From: Octopus sinensis
Taxonomy: Eukaryota
Assembly: GCF_006345805.1 (NCBI RefSeq)
Contig: NC_043016.1
Span: 23,622,001-23,686,000 of the forward strand
Direction: 5' to 3'
DNA length: 64,000 nucleotides
The notes beneath the pieces are model-generated. The model had not been told where the DNA came from and searched no databases. It saw nothing but the letters and a program-made list of their open reading frames with translations. The position numbers and the translations under genes are program-made. Positions 12,962 through 24,366 of the stretch are shown piece by piece; the stretch's first letter is position 1, and each line of letters begins with the position of its first letter.

Positions 12962-13125
12962 TTCTTTAGTTTTTCTCCTTGTTTGTTTCTGTGTTCTTTT
13001 CTGTGGAAGAGTGTAGGCTCAAAATGTTAAAGAACTTTTCATTTCCTAAGCGTTAAACTAATACATCTGTTTGTTGTCTACACCACTTGTCTTCGTCTTT
13101 TGTTTTTTTTGTGAATTCTCCCTAT
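12962..13125. mobile_element. Penelope-derived fragment (same family as 12152-12345) ending at (TA)n
   Basis: Reverse-complement match to 12152-12345. Confidence 0.7.
12996..13032 (+). ncRNA. Hammerhead-like motif HH-2, second copy
   Basis: CUUUU-CUGUGGA-A-GAGU-guag-GCUC-AAA-AUGU-U-AAAG; stem II intact; G12->A and ACGU->AUGU both fit CpG decay. Confidence 0.5.
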
Positions 13126-13127
13126 AT

Positions 13128-13163
<36 letters not shown>

Positions 13164-13502
13164 CTGTGCGTGTGTATATAAAAGAAACCTATCATATATA
13201 TATATATATATATGATGAGTTTCTTTCAGTTTCTGTCTACCAAATCTACTCACAAGGCTTTGATCAGCCCGAGGCTATAGTAGAGACACTTGTCTAAGGT
13301 ACCTCACAGTGGGACTGAACCCAGAATCATGTTGCTGGTAAGCAAGCTACTTACTACACAGCTATGCCTGTGCCTATTATATATGATGGCTGTCCACTCG
13401 TGGCCGAGGAAAACCATTGCAGACCTTAGGAACATTGTGTGCTCTAGGACTAACTTATACACACACAAAGCACAACACAATGCACACACACATAACTTGT
13501 AT

Positions 13503-13551
<49 letters not shown>

Positions 13552-13837
13552 CAATAATAAATCTCTGAGTGAGATGTATATATATATATATATATACATA
13601 TACATACATATACATATACATACATACACATGCATACACATTGGTTTTGAGTTACACAGCTGGCTGAGTGATTGGTGTTTCACACAACCAGCAAGGAAAT
13701 AAGTCAGAGGTAAAATATCTTGTTAGTAGTATAACAATTTCTGCCCATGCTGTATCGTCTACAACCTAAAATCCTTGTCTGAATAATGTAAATAGGTGAC
13801 ACAATATGCTATATAGTTCACTGTATCGTAGTCAAAG

Positions 13838-14148
13838 TGAAGGTACATGGCTTAATGGTTAGGGTATTCAGCTTACGGTTGTAAGATTATGAGTTTGATT
13901 CTTCACAGGGCATTGTGTCATTGTGCTGCACACTTTATTTCACATTTTGCCAGTTCACTCAGCTGGCAAAAATGAGTATACCTGCATTTCAAAGGGCCAG
14001 TCTTGTCACATTCTGTGTCATTCTGTGTCACATTCTGAATCTCTCTGAGAACTATGTTATGGCCACTTGCATGTTACCTTCATGAGCAGGCTGTTCCATT
14101 GATAAGATCAACTGGAATGCTCGTTGTAACTAATGAGTTGCCAATTTA
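13838..14148 (+). mobile_element. tRNA-derived SINE family C, near full length
   Basis: A-box TGGCTTAATGG, B-box-like GAGTTTGATTC, body cactttatttcac...cagttcactcagctggcaaaaatgag. Confidence 0.8.
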
Positions 14149-14465
14149 TTGTAGCCAAAACAAAGAGACACTTATCCACGTAAATCATGTTCTTCTAGGA
14201 ACGGTTTGGTGTTGCTACTTATGGGTTTTCAATGTGCCAGTCACTGGTTTACTGCATTTTCGATAATGAGAGAGATTAGGAGAGTGTCTGCAAAACTTGG
14301 GAATAAAAATATCACAAAGAACTTTGTTTGAAAGCTGAGGCTAAATTATTTCTTTACTTATATCCACATATTTTGTTTTTATAATTCACCAAACTATGCA
14401 CACACACACACAATCACAAACGTGTATGCAAAAGTTTATATGTGTATACCCAATAAACTATCAGT

Positions 14466-14680
14466 AACACACTCAACTGTCCACAGCCTAGTCTACCTAA
14501 CTGTAAATAGGTACCACAGTGTGGTATAGTTCACTGTACTGTGTCCATGACCAACTCACTTAACTGTCCACAGCCCAATCTACCTAGCTCTAAGTAGGTA
14601 CCACAGTGTGGAATAGTTCACCTACCCTACAATGTCCACAACCAACATACTTTACTGTCAACAGTCCAGTCAATCTTGCA
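14466..14680. repeat. ~88-bp tandem repeat, about 2.4 units
   Basis: aactgtccacagcc...ctacct...aggtaccacagtgtgg.atagttcac repeated; diverged copy near 13775-13830. Confidence 0.75.
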
Positions 14681-15176
14681 ACCTTTTATGTGATGCATAA
14701 AATATGTGTGCATGATCAGAAAGTTTGATAGTCTTTATCAACGGAAACTGTTGGTGCTGAGTATTGCTCTTCATGTATAATTACACAAATACAGACAATC
14801 GATAAGCAACATTCAAACAGGCTTCCCAAGATGGTTTAGCTTAATTGCCTTACAGATCCTATCTTAACTTGGCAACATATCGTATTAGCACCAGGGCACA
14901 AATACCAGAAAATAAGCTGACCAAGAGACCTGTGAAGCAAGTTAAACAACTCTTAGAATTGTCTGAACATTTGGAGCATAAACCTCACTTAATTATCTAA
15001 CAGAACTCACTTGTCATTGATTCCCCAAAAGAAAACAATGGTAGGTGTTTTACTTATCACTGAAATAAAACAGTAAAAGATAGAGTAACGTAGCTTCTAG
15101 ACCTGGACAAACCATTATCAATTTTGTTACATACTAAATATTGACCATTTGCATACAAATCAAAATGAATAATTTT

Positions 15177-15235
15177 TAACCCTTTAGCATTTAAACCGGT
15201 CATATCCAACGCAGATATTCTACCTGTGCAAAATG
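15177..15235. mobile_element. piggyBac-type MITE end fragment
   Basis: TTAA-CCCTTTAGCATT terminus, same family as 18344-18548. Confidence 0.65.
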
Positions 15236-15253
15236 TTCGGGCTAGAGAGAGGC

Positions 15254-15490
15254 AAGACATGGTATGAGCACAAACTACAGAAGCTAGCAAAATTCTCTGG
15301 GATTTCCTAATAGAGTGGTCAGTAGAACTGTTACAAAAGGTTTGCCTCCTTGGCACAGCCAGAATAATCAGGAAAGTATTAGATAGCTGAAAAGAACGAA
15401 TAGCATGGTACCATACACTACAGGCAGCAAGCCCAATATGCATGCAAGAATCCAGGAGTTCCAACAAAATCTGAAATAAAAAGAAATAAT
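15254..15490 (+). mobile_element. R4/Dong fragment, internally deleted
   Basis: KTWYEHKLQK..KILWDF joined directly to VELLQKVCLLGTARIIRKVLDS*, then 3' UTR and AAT tail. Confidence 0.75.
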
Positions 15491-15494
15491 AGGA

Positions 15495-15717
15495 ATAATA
15501 ATCCTTTCTACTAACGGCACAAAGCCTGAAATTTGTAGGGAGGGGACTAGTCGATTGCATCAATCCCAGTGTTTCACTGGTATTTAATTTATTGACCTTG
15601 AAAGGATGAAAGGCAAAGTCAACCCCAGTGGAATTTGAACTCGGTACATAAAGACAGACAAAATACCACTAAGCATTTTGCCTGGCTTGCTAACATGTCT
15701 GCCAGCTCACCATCTTA
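15495..15717 (-). mobile_element. SINE B
   Basis: Reverse complement of the family B consensus; AAT repeats on both sides. Confidence 0.85.
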
Positions 15718-15780
15718 ATAATAATGATGATGATGATGATGGTGGTGGTGGTGATGGTGATGGTGATGGTGATGATGATG

Positions 15781-16195
15781 TAGAAGCTATACCTGAATTC
15801 TCAACATTACACACTGTCCAAAAGATAACCCTGCTAGGAACAGCCCACATCCTACACAAGGCCTCTATCAATCTATTAATACAACCTAAACAAAACAACC
15901 CACAAATACATGACACACTCTACACAGCATTTACCCAGTGAAATAAAACTCCCACCAGCAAACCGAAAAAACCCAAAGCATTACACACTCAACATGCAAT
16001 ACAAACGGTAACACAAAGAAAAAGACAGCACCACACATCAAGGAAAAAAAAACTAACACAATACAATACCAAGAAGTGTTCGCATACTCTCAATAGCAGA
16101 AATGAACACATAATGCTGCACACACCTCAGCAACACGGAGGTGTAGCAGATAATGCAGTAGAAATTTACCCCAAACTACCAAATATCATTATATA
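15781..16195 (+). mobile_element. R4/Dong 3' end
   Basis: EAIPEFSTLHTVQKITLLGTAHILHKA, then a CA-rich 3' UTR and TAA tail. Confidence 0.7.
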
Positions 16196-16219
16196 ATAAT
16201 AATACAGTTATATAATAAT

Positions 16220-16400
16220 AATAATATTCTTTCTAATTTTTTGGCACAAGGTCAGTAATGTTGATTGAAGAGTCTAGTTGATTATATATGACCCAATGCT
16301 TGACTGCTACTTTATTTTATCAACCCTAAAGAGCTAAAAGGCAAAGTCAACCTCAATAATATTTGGACTCCAAACTTAAAGAGCAAGAACAATACCACAA
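16220..16400 (-). mobile_element. SINE B, degenerate
   Basis: tttggcacaagg...aaaggcaaagtcaacctc. Confidence 0.7.
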
Positions 16401-16454
16401 GGTATTTGCCCAATCTTCCACCCTAACAAGAACAAGAACGACAATAATAATAAT

Positions 16455-17050
16455 ATTGCTTGAAAAGAAGGGGGGAAAATACTGTCAGCATACAAGGATC
16501 TTGAAATTGAAATATTTTTAAATGTGTGACATGAAAGAGAAAAGAGTATCCACAACAAGTAGAGCGTTAGATATGATGAAAAGAAAAAATAGAAACAAAA
16601 ACATGGAAGCTATACCAGTTCTTGCAACACTACACACTGTTAAAAAAAAATAATAGCTCCACTAGGAACAGCCTACATCCTGTGGCATACATTATATATT
16701 CAATAACACAGCTCAAATAGAACAATTTTCACACACAACATTCACACCCTATACAACAAGCAACTAATAAAATAAAACAACACAGGTCATGCAACATATG
16801 CTCTAGTAGATAAATATCCAATAAAATAACACAGCTCACTTTACACACACCACACACAACAAAATAAACAACTAATGTAACAAAATAAACAACATGCTAA
16901 ACTTCACAACAAAACAAACTGATGTGATGCATTCACAGGAGGTGTCTTTCTCCTTTCAACTCCAATGGAAATAAGAGACACAATACTGTACACATCTTGG
17001 GAATACGGAGTTGTACCAGGTGGTGTGGTAGAAATTCACGAGAACCTTCC
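16455..17050 (+). mobile_element. R4/Dong 3' end (same subfamily as 15781-16195)
   Basis: YKDLEIEI..MEAIPVLATLHTV..LGTAYIL; its 3' UTR shares blocks with 16060-16190. Confidence 0.7.
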
Positions 17051-17052
17051 AT

Positions 17053-17640
17053 TGAAATAATTATTTCAAATTTTGGCACGTGGCTGTGTGGTAAGTAGCC
17101 TGCTTACCAACGACATGGTTCTGGGTTCAGTCCCACTGCATATGGCACGTTGGGCAAGTGTCTTCTACTATAGCCGCAGGCCAACCAAAGCCTTGTGAGT
17201 GGATTTGGTAGACGGAAACTGAAAGAAGCTCATCGTATATATGTGTGTGTATATATATGTATGTATGTGTGTGTATATGTTTGTGTGTGTGTGTTTGTCC
17301 TTCAACATCGCTCGACAACTGATGTTGGTGTGTTTACGTCCCCATAACTTAGCAGTTCAGCAAAAGAGACCGATAGGCTTGCAAAGAATAAGTTCTGGGG
17401 TTGATTTCTTCGACTAAAGGTGGTGCTCCAGCATGGCTGCAGTCAAAATGACTGAAACAATTAAAAGAGTTAAAAGATTTGGGGGGAGGGGTTAAGTTGA
17501 TTACATTGACCCCTGTGTTAACTGGTACTTATTTTATTGATCCTGAAAGGACAACAGTCAATCACTGCACAATATGAACTCAGATCAACATAAAGATGGA
17601 CGAAGTGCCACTATGGATTCTGGCAGCTCACCATCTTAAC
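17053..17640 (-). mobile_element. SINE B interrupted by a SINE A
   Basis: Tail end at 17053-17078 (ttcaaattttggca), remainder at 17477-17640. Confidence 0.7.
17081..17476 (+). mobile_element. SINE A, full length
   Basis: Family A consensus. Confidence 0.9.
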
Positions 17641-17695
17641 TATAAATGAAATAATAATTGCAACAACAACAGTCATGACAATAATTTTGTTTATA

Positions 17696-18237
17696 CTGGG
17701 TTGTCCGGAAAGTTTGTGCCGATTTTTATAGGAAAGAAAAAGGTCAATAAATATTTGCCATTACATTTTTAATCAACAAAATATGAACCATTTTGTTACA
17801 CAATGCATCTCCATCTTTCCTTTAACTTGAAAATACCTTCTTCCCAGAATTGAGGTGGTTTCATGGCAAAGAATTCATCAAGGTATCTTTTTACGTCATC
17901 CAAGGGATTGAAATTTTTACTATTATGACTATTCTGCAAAGACCTGAATAAGTGGAAATCCGGAGGAGCAATATCTGGTGGGGTAACACATCCCAACCGA
18001 GCTGCAGCAATTTTTGTCTGGTTCCCAAAGCATCAAGTGCCTAAAATGAACTTTCTTATCTTCCATTTTAAAGGGTTACAGGTTATAGGAACATAAACCT
18101 TCTTCCAGGAAAAGATAGCTTAAACTGTGCTCTAAATGGAGGTGTAGTCAAATCCTGTTTTATGGATTCAACCATGTTCTAAAATAAGTTGAAAGGTAAG
18201 CTACTATAAATCAGCACAAACTTTCCGGACAACCCAA
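17696..18237 (-). mobile_element. Internally deleted mariner (542 bp) retaining both TIRs
   Basis: ~30-bp TIRs (c/t)tgggttgtccggaaagtttgtgc.gattt, TA TSD at 17694-95 and 18238-39; minus strand encodes PDIAPPDFHLFRSLQN...FWEEGIFKLKERWRCIV (region of the third catalytic Asp). Confidence 0.92.
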
Positions 18238-18343
18238 TATATGTGATCATTTGTATAAAACACAGTGGGTGATGTTAGCAGTTTCTTCTGTCTACAAATT
18301 GCTGGATAATTTTGTACTTTCAAACCCATAAGAGACCCATTAA

Positions 18344-18548
18344 CCCCTTAGTATTCAAATTACTCTGTCAAATATAAAGCTTAGTTATTCACATTGTTTT
18401 AAATTGACCATGCATTATCTTGTAGCTTCAAAATTTTGATAATAAAGTCTGTATACTTTTAAAACATCACTGCTGGGTAGGTGTAAAAAGCAGGATCTGG
18501 ATAGGTTGAATCTTTGGGGTGGATATAGCTGGTTTAAATGCTAAAGGG
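18344..18548. mobile_element. piggyBac-type MITE (205 bp)
   Basis: TTAA at 18340-43 and 18549-52; TIR CCCCTTAGTATT versus CCCTTTAGCATT; further copies at 15177 and 62711. Confidence 0.85.
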
Positions 18549-19208
18549 TTAACTGAACAAGTTGGCACCAAAAGGGGCATCTGGCTGTAAAACACTGTCA
18601 TAAGAGAAAGAAAAATAATAATAAAACAGAAAATAAAAATAAAAATGGCATAAAAAAAAAATGAAGAAAGAAATATATCTTAAACTAAGCAAATGTTGCA
18701 TTAACAGCAATGCTTCCCTAGGGTCAACCGAATGCTGCAGAAACAAAACCAATGTTGGCAAAGAAGGAAGCAGGCACTGTCTATTTCTGTACCAGATACA
18801 CTCAACTGGCATAAAAGAAAAAGAAAATAATAATAATAATAAAAAAAACACAAAAACAAAAGAAATGGTACAAGAAATAAATATTTAAAAATAAACGGCT
18901 CCATAAAACTGGAATGGTGCTGCTAAAATAAACTAGGCCGGAAATATTGAAATATTTGACATGCTGTGACCTAGTTCTTTACACTACAAAAGTTTCTGTG
19001 AATTGGAATTGGTGGTAGAAGTAGAGACGGTTTTCAAGTGGTCGATATTTTGTTGAAAGTAGCTTGTCATGACTCAGTGCAAGCATTTTGATAAAAATTG
19101 GGGAATAAAATTAAGAAAAGATGAAAAAATAAATAAATATGAAAAAAAAAAACCCATCACTGAAATTATCATTTTCTCACATTTGCACATTATTATACTC
19201 TGTTCTTA

Positions 19209-19269
<61 letters not shown>

Positions 19270-19321
19270 CCTGACAACCAATCAATCTATCTTTCCATTG
19301 ATCTATTTACTTATCTATAAT

Positions 19322-19735
19322 ACTCTTTTACTCTTTTACTTGTTTCAGTCATTTAACTGTGGCCATGCTGGAGCACCGCTTTTAGTCGAGCAAATCGACC
19401 CCAGGACTTACTTTTTGTAAGCCTAGTACTTATTCTATCAATCTCTTTTGCCGAACCACTAAGTTACAGGAATGCAAACACACCAGCATCAGTTGTCAAG
19501 CGATGTTGTGGAGTGGGGGGTGTGACAAGCACAGACACACAAACATATACACACATACATGCATATATACGACGGGCTTCTTTCAGTTTCCATCTACCAA
19601 ATTCACTCACAAGGCTTTGGTTGGCTCGAGGCTATAGTAGAAGACACTTGCCCAAGGTGCCACACAGTGGGAATGAACCCGGAACCATGTGGTTGGTAAG
19701 CAAGCTACTTACCACACAGCCACTCCTGCACCTAT
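19322..19735 (-). mobile_element. SINE A, full length
   Basis: Family A consensus, reverse complement. Confidence 0.9.
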
Positions 19736-19919
19736 AATATAATAAATATAATGATGATGATGATGATGATGATAATCCTGTCAACTAAAGGGACAAGGTC
19801 TTAAATTTTGTGGGAAGGGTCTAGTTGATTACATTCACTCAGTGTTTTACTGGTTCTTTATTTGTTGACCCCAAAAGGACAAAAGGCATATGTGTATACA
19901 CATGATATATATATGATAT

Positions 19920-20168
19920 AATTTTTTGAGCTTTACAATTTGTTATTAGTTTAACATACAAATTAATAATATATATATAATTACAATAATCCCTAACATA
20001 TACCAGTACTTTTACATTATATGATAGAGATTAACCAGTGGAATATCTTGGATTATATACTCCCTAATGAAGATATAATTCCCCTTGAATTAACAATATA
20101 TATATATATATATATTGTTAATTCAAGGAAATTATATCTTCATTAGGGATTATATAATCCAAGATATT
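19920..20168. mobile_element. Inverted pair of TA-anchored repeat fragments (probably PLE-derived)
   Basis: 20043-20096 and 20115-20168 are near-perfect reverse complements around (TA)n. Confidence 0.6.
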
Positions 20169-20219
20169 ATAATATATATAATATAATATTCTTATATTAT
20201 ATATATGATATATATAATA

Positions 20220-20423
20220 TTCTTTTACTTGTTTCAGTCATTTGACTGCAGCCATGCTGGAGCACTGCCTTTAGCTGAACATATCAACCCCAGGACTTAT
20301 TCTTTGTAAGTTGAGTACTTATTCTATTGGTCTCTTTTGCTGAACTGCTAAGTTACGGAAATGCAAACACACCAACATCGGTTGTCATGTGATGGTGGGG
20401 GCACAAACACAGACACAAATATA

Positions 20424-20466
<43 letters not shown>

Positions 20467-20602
20467 CAGGTTTCTTTCAGTTTCCATCAACCAAATCCAC
20501 TGTCAAGGCTTTGGTTGGCCCAAGGATATAGTTGAAGACACTTGTCCAAAATGCGGGACTGAACATGGAACCATGTGATTGGGAAGCAAGCTTCTTACCA
20601 CA
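20220..20602 (-). mobile_element. SINE A, full length
   Basis: Family A consensus, reverse complement. Confidence 0.9.
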
Positions 20603-20675
20603 CAGCCATGCTTGCACCTATATGTATAAGTATATAATATATATATATGTACATAATATATAATAGATATGCATG

Positions 20676-20710
<35 letters not shown>

Positions 20711-20739
20711 CTCTCTCTCTTCCATACTCTCCTATCTAC

Positions 20740-20833
20740 ATCTCATCTATGCTCTGATCCTTTGTTACTTGTAACTATACCCTGGCACTTCACCACCATC
20801 TCTCTCCTGCTCTCTTTTGCACTTTTACTGTCT

Positions 20834-20870
<37 letters not shown>

Positions 20871-21218
20871 TTACTCTTCCCTCTGGCTGGGTAGCCATGT
20901 ATCTCTTCCGCAGCAGCACACCTGTTTCTACTTCTCTGTCTCTCTGTCACACTCAAACCTTTCATCGGCTGACACAAGATCCTCTCCCTCAGCTCGCCAC
21001 TCCTCTCTCAAAATTCCTTGTCTTGCAAGTTACTTGGTGACCCTGCCAGTGCTGATGCCATGTAAAAAGCATCCAGTCCACACTGTAAAGTGGTTGGCAT
21101 TTGGAAGGGCACCCAGCTGTAAAAATCATGTCAAAACTGATCTTGTCTATGCTGGCACCGTGTAAATAGCACTGACTCCACTCTCTAGAATGGTTGATGT
21201 TAGGAAGGGCATCCAACC
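20740..21218 (+). mobile_element. Decayed LINE 3' UTR with RTE-type terminal modules
   Basis: tgccatgtaaaaagca...ggttggcatttggaagggcacccagctgtaaaa module, duplicated; related to 49200-49270. Confidence 0.55.
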
Positions 21219-21219
21219 A

Positions 21220-21253
<34 letters not shown>

Positions 21254-21255
21254 GC

Positions 21256-21286
<31 letters not shown>

Positions 21287-21369
21287 GCTGTTGTTGTTGT
21301 TGTTGCTGTTGTTGTTGTTGTTGCTGTTGTTGTTGTTGTTGTTGTTGTTGTTGCTGTTGTTGTTGTTGC

Positions 21370-21449
<80 letters not shown>

Positions 21450-21526
21450 TTTTCCCTTCTTGCTTCAAATTTTCTTCCATTTCTCACCGAGTGTTTTCCA
21501 TACTTATTATTATCATATCATCATCA

Positions 21527-21571
<45 letters not shown>

Positions 21572-21605
21572 CATTATCATATTATATTATTATTATATTA
21601 TTATT

Positions 21606-21637
<32 letters not shown>

Positions 21638-21643
21638 ATTATT
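21219..21643. repeat. (GTT)n/(GCT)n followed by (TTA)n
   Basis: Read directly from the sequence. Confidence 0.95.
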
Positions 21644-22300
21644 CAGTAGTTTTATTTTTATAGCGTGCTTTCACTTCACTACTACGAGCGCAGCTCTGTG
21701 TGCCTTGGGTATGTGCTGTGATTTTTTGTGATGCTCTGATGGTTATTGTATGGAAAGTGTTCTGCGTAGGATGTGTGCAGTGCCTAGTAGTGCAATTTTC
21801 TGTATGTTATATTGTTTTGTAAGTCCTGGTGTTTTTGTTATGTATTTGTCTGAATATTTTTTTATCATGCCTAATGCACCTACTATGATAGGAATTGTTT
21901 CTGTTTTCAGATTCCACATTCTGGTTACCTCTATTTCCAGGTCTTGTATTTTGAGAGTTTCTCCATTTCTTTTAGAGACACGTTGTCATCAGCCGGTATT
22001 GATACATCAATTAGAAGCATTTTTTTCTTCATGATCTCTGACAACTATATCTGGTCTGTTGGCCTTAATTTCTCTATCTGTGTGTATCGGCATATCCCAG
22101 TATGGTTTTGCTTTCTCGTTTTCTGTGACCTTTTCTGGTGTGTGCCTATACCATCTTTTTCTGTTGTTATTCCATAATGTTGGCATAGCTTCCAATGTAT
22201 GTAGGTTCCAACTCTGTCATGTCTGTGAATATATTCCTTCTTAGCCAGGACTGGGCAGCTAGAGATAATATGATTTATTGTTTCTTGTCCATCTCCACAT
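21644..22300 (-). mobile_element. R4/Dong 5'-truncated copy, the best preserved in the window
   Basis: CGDGQETINHIISSCPVLAKKEYIHRHDRVGTYIHWKLCQHY..RWYRHTPEKV..NRPDIVVRD..IDVSIPADDNVSLKEMEK..YKDLEIEVTRMW..IPIIVGALG..LGTAHILRRTLSIQ*, with a few frameshifts; (TTA)n on both flanks. Confidence 0.93.
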
Positions 22301-22329
22301 ATACTATTATATACTCCACATATACTCCA

Positions 22330-22427
22330 TATATATTATTATTATTATTATTATTTTATTATTATCATTATTATTATTATTATTAATATTATTATTATTA
22401 TTATTATCATTATTATTATTATTATTA

Positions 22428-22479
<52 letters not shown>

Positions 22480-22534
22480 CATTATTATTATTATTTGCTA
22501 CACCAGCAGCAATAGTAGTAGTTGAGCTGCCCCT

Positions 22535-22601
<67 letters not shown>

Positions 22602-22650
22602 TGCTGCTGCTGCTACTACTACTACTAATACTACTACCACTACTACTACT
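22330..22650. repeat. (TTA)n followed by (CTA)n/(CTG)n
   Basis: Read directly from the sequence. Confidence 0.95.
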
Positions 22651-23581
22651 AGTCGGCTAAATAAATCTGACATACTGCAACGGCATCCTATTTGTGCTAC
22701 ATATAATATCTGTGGCCCATTTATAGACCTCAATACAATTTAATCTAAAAAAAGAAAAAGAACAAAAACCACAAACACAGATTCTACAAAACTATTCATG
22801 ACTCAAAAAAAAGAAAGAGAAAAAAAAAATAAGGAAAAGAAATAAATGAGTGAATAAATAAATGATAATCAAAACAAAAACAATTAGGTTAATTATTAGC
22901 AAATGCTGTTCTTTTAGGAGCTGTCATTTTTATTTCTCTGGAATTTAATTTTCTCATTCATTTCATCATACCATCTTAAGATGGATTCTATTTGTAGATT
23001 CTCATCTATTATTGTTTTATTTCTTCATTTATTTTCCTATTTGCTTCTGAAGAGATGATCTCGACAAGAATTATCATTAGTGCTAATGATTTCTTCTTTT
23101 CATTATGAATGTAATTTTAATTGATTAATCATTTTGTTGCTGCTTTTTTTTTTTTTCATTTTGATTCAACATGCTGAATATGTTAGCTCCCACTTAACTA
23201 TGTTCTTTTTTGTGCAGAAGGCATTCCTGGGAATTTTATCAATGACATCATTTTAAATTGTTAAATCAGTGGATTTGTTTTTCTTTTTTTTTTCAATCAA
23301 AATTCATGAGTATCCACTCACTGTTCTTCTAGGAAGCAGTAAGATTATGCTTTACTAAAGAGGTTAAATAAGACTGAAACATGTACACAATTGTCACTAA
23401 ATGTACCAAAGCATCAGACATAATCTCTAATGCATATCTAGATTTAATTTTTAAAGAGCAGAGTTGTTTCCTTTATCTTTCTTGACATGTATGTGCAGGC
23501 CCAGGCAAGATCTTTTAGGGGAAAATCTTAACAGTTTCCTGTACATGCAAGTTTCCCCTCCTTGTGACAACAGTGTTTATC

Positions 23582-24366
23582 GGATCTTTTCCCTTTCAAT
23601 GGCAGATCGAGAAATTAATTTTTTGTAACCAAACACTTTCAAACTTTGGACACTGGTAGATTGTATCAAATAAAACATCTTTTACTCTTAGTGTTGTTGA
23701 GAAAAGTTTCTATTTTCAAAATTATTTCAGTAATTTCAACCAATCAAAGATGTGTATTCAGCTGAATAAAATTACTGACGTTGTTTGTCAACAACAATTA
23801 TCAGTGGTGTATATTTCGTTTGTCACTGTTATTTATAACATTGTCCGTGCGTTTAGCTTTAGGGTTTTAGGGTTTTAGGGTTAGGGTTAGGGTTTTAGAG
23901 TTAGGGTTAGGGTTTTAAAGTTAGGATTAGGGTTAAGGTTTTAGGGTTATGGTTAGGGTTAAGGTTTTTGGGTTAGGGTTTTAGAGTTAGGATTAGGGTT
24001 AGGGTTAGGGTCGGGGTTTTAGGGTTAGAGTTACAGAAAAAAGTGAAAAATGAAGACATTGGAGGAGGGGTGGGGTGGGGGACCAGAAAGTTCAAAATTT
24101 TGATTTTTGGTAATTTTTCAGAATCTCTGTTTTTTTGGCAAAAAAATTTTATTCAGCTGAATACAAATCATTGATTGGTTGAAATTACTGAAATTACTGA
24201 AATACAACAACTTTAACACGAAATAACTTTGAAAATAGAAACTTTTCTCAACAATACTAAGAGTAAAATATGTTTTATATGACACATTCTACTAGTATAC
24301 AAAGTTTCAAAGTGTTTAGTTACAAAAAATTAATTTCTTGGTCTGCCGTTCAAAGGGAAAAGATCC
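23582..24366. mobile_element. 785-bp non-autonomous DNA transposon with ~190-bp TIRs, an 8-bp TSD and an internal TTAGGG-variant array
   Basis: TSD tgtttatc at 23574-23581 and 24367-24374; GGATC...GATCC termini; arms at 23582-23772 and ~24145-24366; telomere-like repeats at 23858-24035. Confidence 0.9.

Larger units (their letters stand above)
12760..13377 (-). mobile_element. SINE A split at its internal microsatellite by a Penelope-derived insert
   Basis: 3' half at 12760-12920, 5' half at 13214-13377, insert at 12962-13125. Confidence 0.75.

Noticed and set aside
14211-14295. Terminal exon ERFGVATYGFSMCQSLVYCIFDNERD*
   Set aside because: No recognisable homology and no supporting upstream exon; cannot be distinguished from chance
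23858-24035. True telomere or chromosome-fusion scar
   Set aside because: The array is short, degenerate, single-orientation and enclosed by TIRs and a TSD, so it is transposon cargo
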